From: Macrostomum lignano
Taxonomy: Eukaryota
Direction of reading: 5' to 3'
Assembly: GCA_002269645.1 (NCBI GenBank)
Contig: NIVC01003555.1
Span: 1-64,000 of the forward strand
DNA length: 64,000 nucleotides
The position numbers were made by a program, and so were the translations under genes. Below, in pieces: positions 61,908 to 64,000 of this stretch (position 1 is its first letter; each line of letters begins with the position of its first letter). The notes beneath the pieces are model-generated. The model saw only the letters and a program-made list of their open reading frames with translations, had not been told where the DNA came from and made no database searches.

Positions 61908-63494
61908 TCACTCAGCTGGGCTTAGGAGTCTCGTCATCGTAGCGGCCAGGCAAAATGCCTGGAATTTAAAAACAAATCCGTGTTGTTAATTGGTTTGTGT
62001 AGTTAATCAGCCGTACAATTTTACTGATACAATTTATTCTTTGAAGCCAGAAAACCTCCCTTTTCCTACCTTTATGCATGAGCCAAACACCGACCAGACT
62101 AAATTGGACCACAGGTTAAACCAGAGTCCATCGCTGATTTTGGTCAGACAGTCCTGCAAAATTGTCACAGGATTATACAGTCAGGGCTGTGTTGGAGTGT
62201 TGGAGCTGTGCAGTGAGGATCGGTCAGGGCTGTGTTGGAGTGTTGGAGCTGTGCAGCGAGGATCGGTCAGGGCTGTGTTGGAGCTGTGCAGCGAGGATCG
62301 GTCAGGGCTGTGTTGGCGTGTTGGAGCTGTGCAGTGAGGATCGGTCAGGACTGTGTTGGAGCTGTGCAGCGAGGATCGGTCAGGGCTGTGTTGGAGCTGT
62401 GCAGTGAGGATCGGTCAGGGCTGTGTTGGAGCTGTGCAGTGAGGATCGGTCAGGGCTGTGTTGGAGTGTTGGAGCTGTGCAGCGAGGATCGGTCAGGGCT
62501 GTGTTGGAGCTGTGCAGTGAGGATCGGTCAGGGCTGTGTTGGAGTGTTGGAGCTGTGCAGCGAGGATCGGTCAGGGCTGTGTTGGAGCTGTGCAGTGAGG
62601 ATCGGTCAGGGCTGTGTTGGAGTGTTGGAGCTGTGCAGTGAGGATCGGTCAGGGCTGTGTTGGAGTGTTGGAGCTGTGCAGTGAGGCTTTTACGCATCTA
62701 TGCATAGTAGAATTGCAGGCTACTCACCTTCTCAAAAACGTACCTGTTTATCCGAGCCTCCTTCATGTTCACAGCCACTCTGCACTTCTCCTTGCTAGTC
62801 ATGCCCAGACAGCACGAGAGAGGCAGGGTGACGTTCTTTTTGCCAGCAGTGGAATTTGCATTAGCCTGCTTGTACCACGGAGTCCGTAGGAACAGATTTT
62901 CTTCCGCATTGTCACTGAAGCCACAGCACTTTTCCTGTTTTGAGTATCGTTGATGAGGCCAATTTTGTCATGTAAACGCGTGACCCCTATTTCGATTCGC
63001 ACACCTAACAAGTGGAAGTCAGGACACCCTCTGTGAACGCCCTTGCATGTGCTCAGAAGTCAATAAACTGGACAAAATTGCCTCACGGCTGTTTATGGGA
63101 CAAGGTCGCCGAAGACGTTGCGCCAGGGGGCCCCCGTCCTCTGACGCATATTTTTAAAGGGATGTCAACTCAAGCACTGGAATGGAGCCAAAAGTTCGCT
63201 CCTCGCTAAACCGAGCGCATTCGATGACTTGTCAAACCAGTCAACCAGAATCACTGAGAGACATCAAATCGTGAACGTTTTGACTACTAGAGTGTAAATC
63301 ATTCTCACCCTCTTCTGATAGTTCTCTATGGACCAGGTGAACTTCTTCGATGCAGAATCTTCCTTTCCGAACTGATTAACGATCTTCTCTTCAATGGCGT
63401 TTTTGTTGACTCTGGACAGGGACTTCGTGGCGGTGAATGCCACGACTAGCAGGATGACGTCCATGACGATAGCTACGGCAAGGAAGCTGATGAT
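61908..63494 (-). CDS. Tetraspanin, 3' portion (TM3, large extracellular loop, TM4); the 5' exons are beyond the right edge. Exons: 63494-63309, 62934-62728, 62153-62070, 61958-61908.
   Basis: Translation: IISFLAVAIVMDVILLVVAF...YQKR|EKCCGFSD...VTLPLSCCLG...KEKC...VFEK|DCLTKISDGLWFNLWSNLVWSVFGSCIK|AFCLAATMTRLLSPAE*. The CCG and PxSCC motifs are present, and all introns are phase-0 GT-AG. Confidence 0.88.
62178..62686. repeat. ~35/44-bp minisatellite GATCGGTCAGGGCTGTGTTGGAG(TGTTGGAG)CTGTGCAGTGAG
   Basis: Tandem copies in a tetraspanin intron. Confidence 0.95.
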
Positions 63495-63502
63495 CTGTAA
63501 GG

Positions 63503-64000
63503 ATGGGACAGGCAGCTACAGATGGGACAGGCAGCTACAGATGGGACAGGGAGCTACAGATGGGACAGGGAGCTACAGATGGGACAGGGAGCTACAGATG
63601 GGACAGGCAGCTACAGATGGGACAGGGGGATACAGATGGGACAGGGGGATACAGATGGGACAGGCAGCTACAGATAGGACAGGCAGCTACAGATAGGACA
63701 GGCAGCTACAGATGGGACAGGGGGATACAGATTGGACAGGCAGCTACAGATGGGACAGGGGGATACAGATGGGACAGGGTATACAGATGGGACAGGCAGC
63801 TACAGATGTGACAGGGAGCTACAGATGGGACAGGCAGCTACAGATGGGACAGGCAGCTACAGATGGGACAGGGAGCTACAGATGGGACAGGGAGCTACAG
63901 ATGGGACAGGCAGCTACAGATGGGACAGGGGGATACAGATGGGACAGGGGGATACAGATGGGACAGGGAGCTACAGATGGGACAGGCAGCTACAGAAAGG
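63503..64000. repeat. 19-bp minisatellite GATGGGACAGGCAGCTACA
   Basis: Tandem copies running to the window edge. Confidence 0.95.

Overview
Eukaryotic (animal) genomic DNA: GC-rich, GT-AG spliced exons separated by introns packed with minisatellites. The style suggests the flatworm Macrostomum lignano, but that assignment is inference only. Gene models were reconstructed by hand from splice sites and frame continuity. From left to right: the 5' part of REV3L (DNA polymerase zeta, - strand, with a dense cluster of apparent 1-nt frameshifts); a complete KIAA0319/KIAA0319L (AAVR)-like gene (-); a ~14 kb mostly non-coding interval with CpG-void patches, LINE relics, polypyrimidine arrays and one intact 99-aa secreted cysteine-rich cationic peptide gene (+); a frameshifted ferritin-like gene lacking ferroxidase ligands (+); an unassigned 194-aa two-exon gene (+); LRRC47 (+); a ~1760-aa 14-repeat cadherin (+); an atypical Delta/DSL-like EGF membrane protein (-); and the 3' part of a tetraspanin (-). 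The best leads are the defensin/mytilin-like peptide, the sharply bounded CpG-depleted domains that run into ferritin exon 1, the Delta-like protein with a shortened DSL loop, and the unassigned 194-aa protein. Many long ORFs in the supplied track are just translations of tandem repeats.
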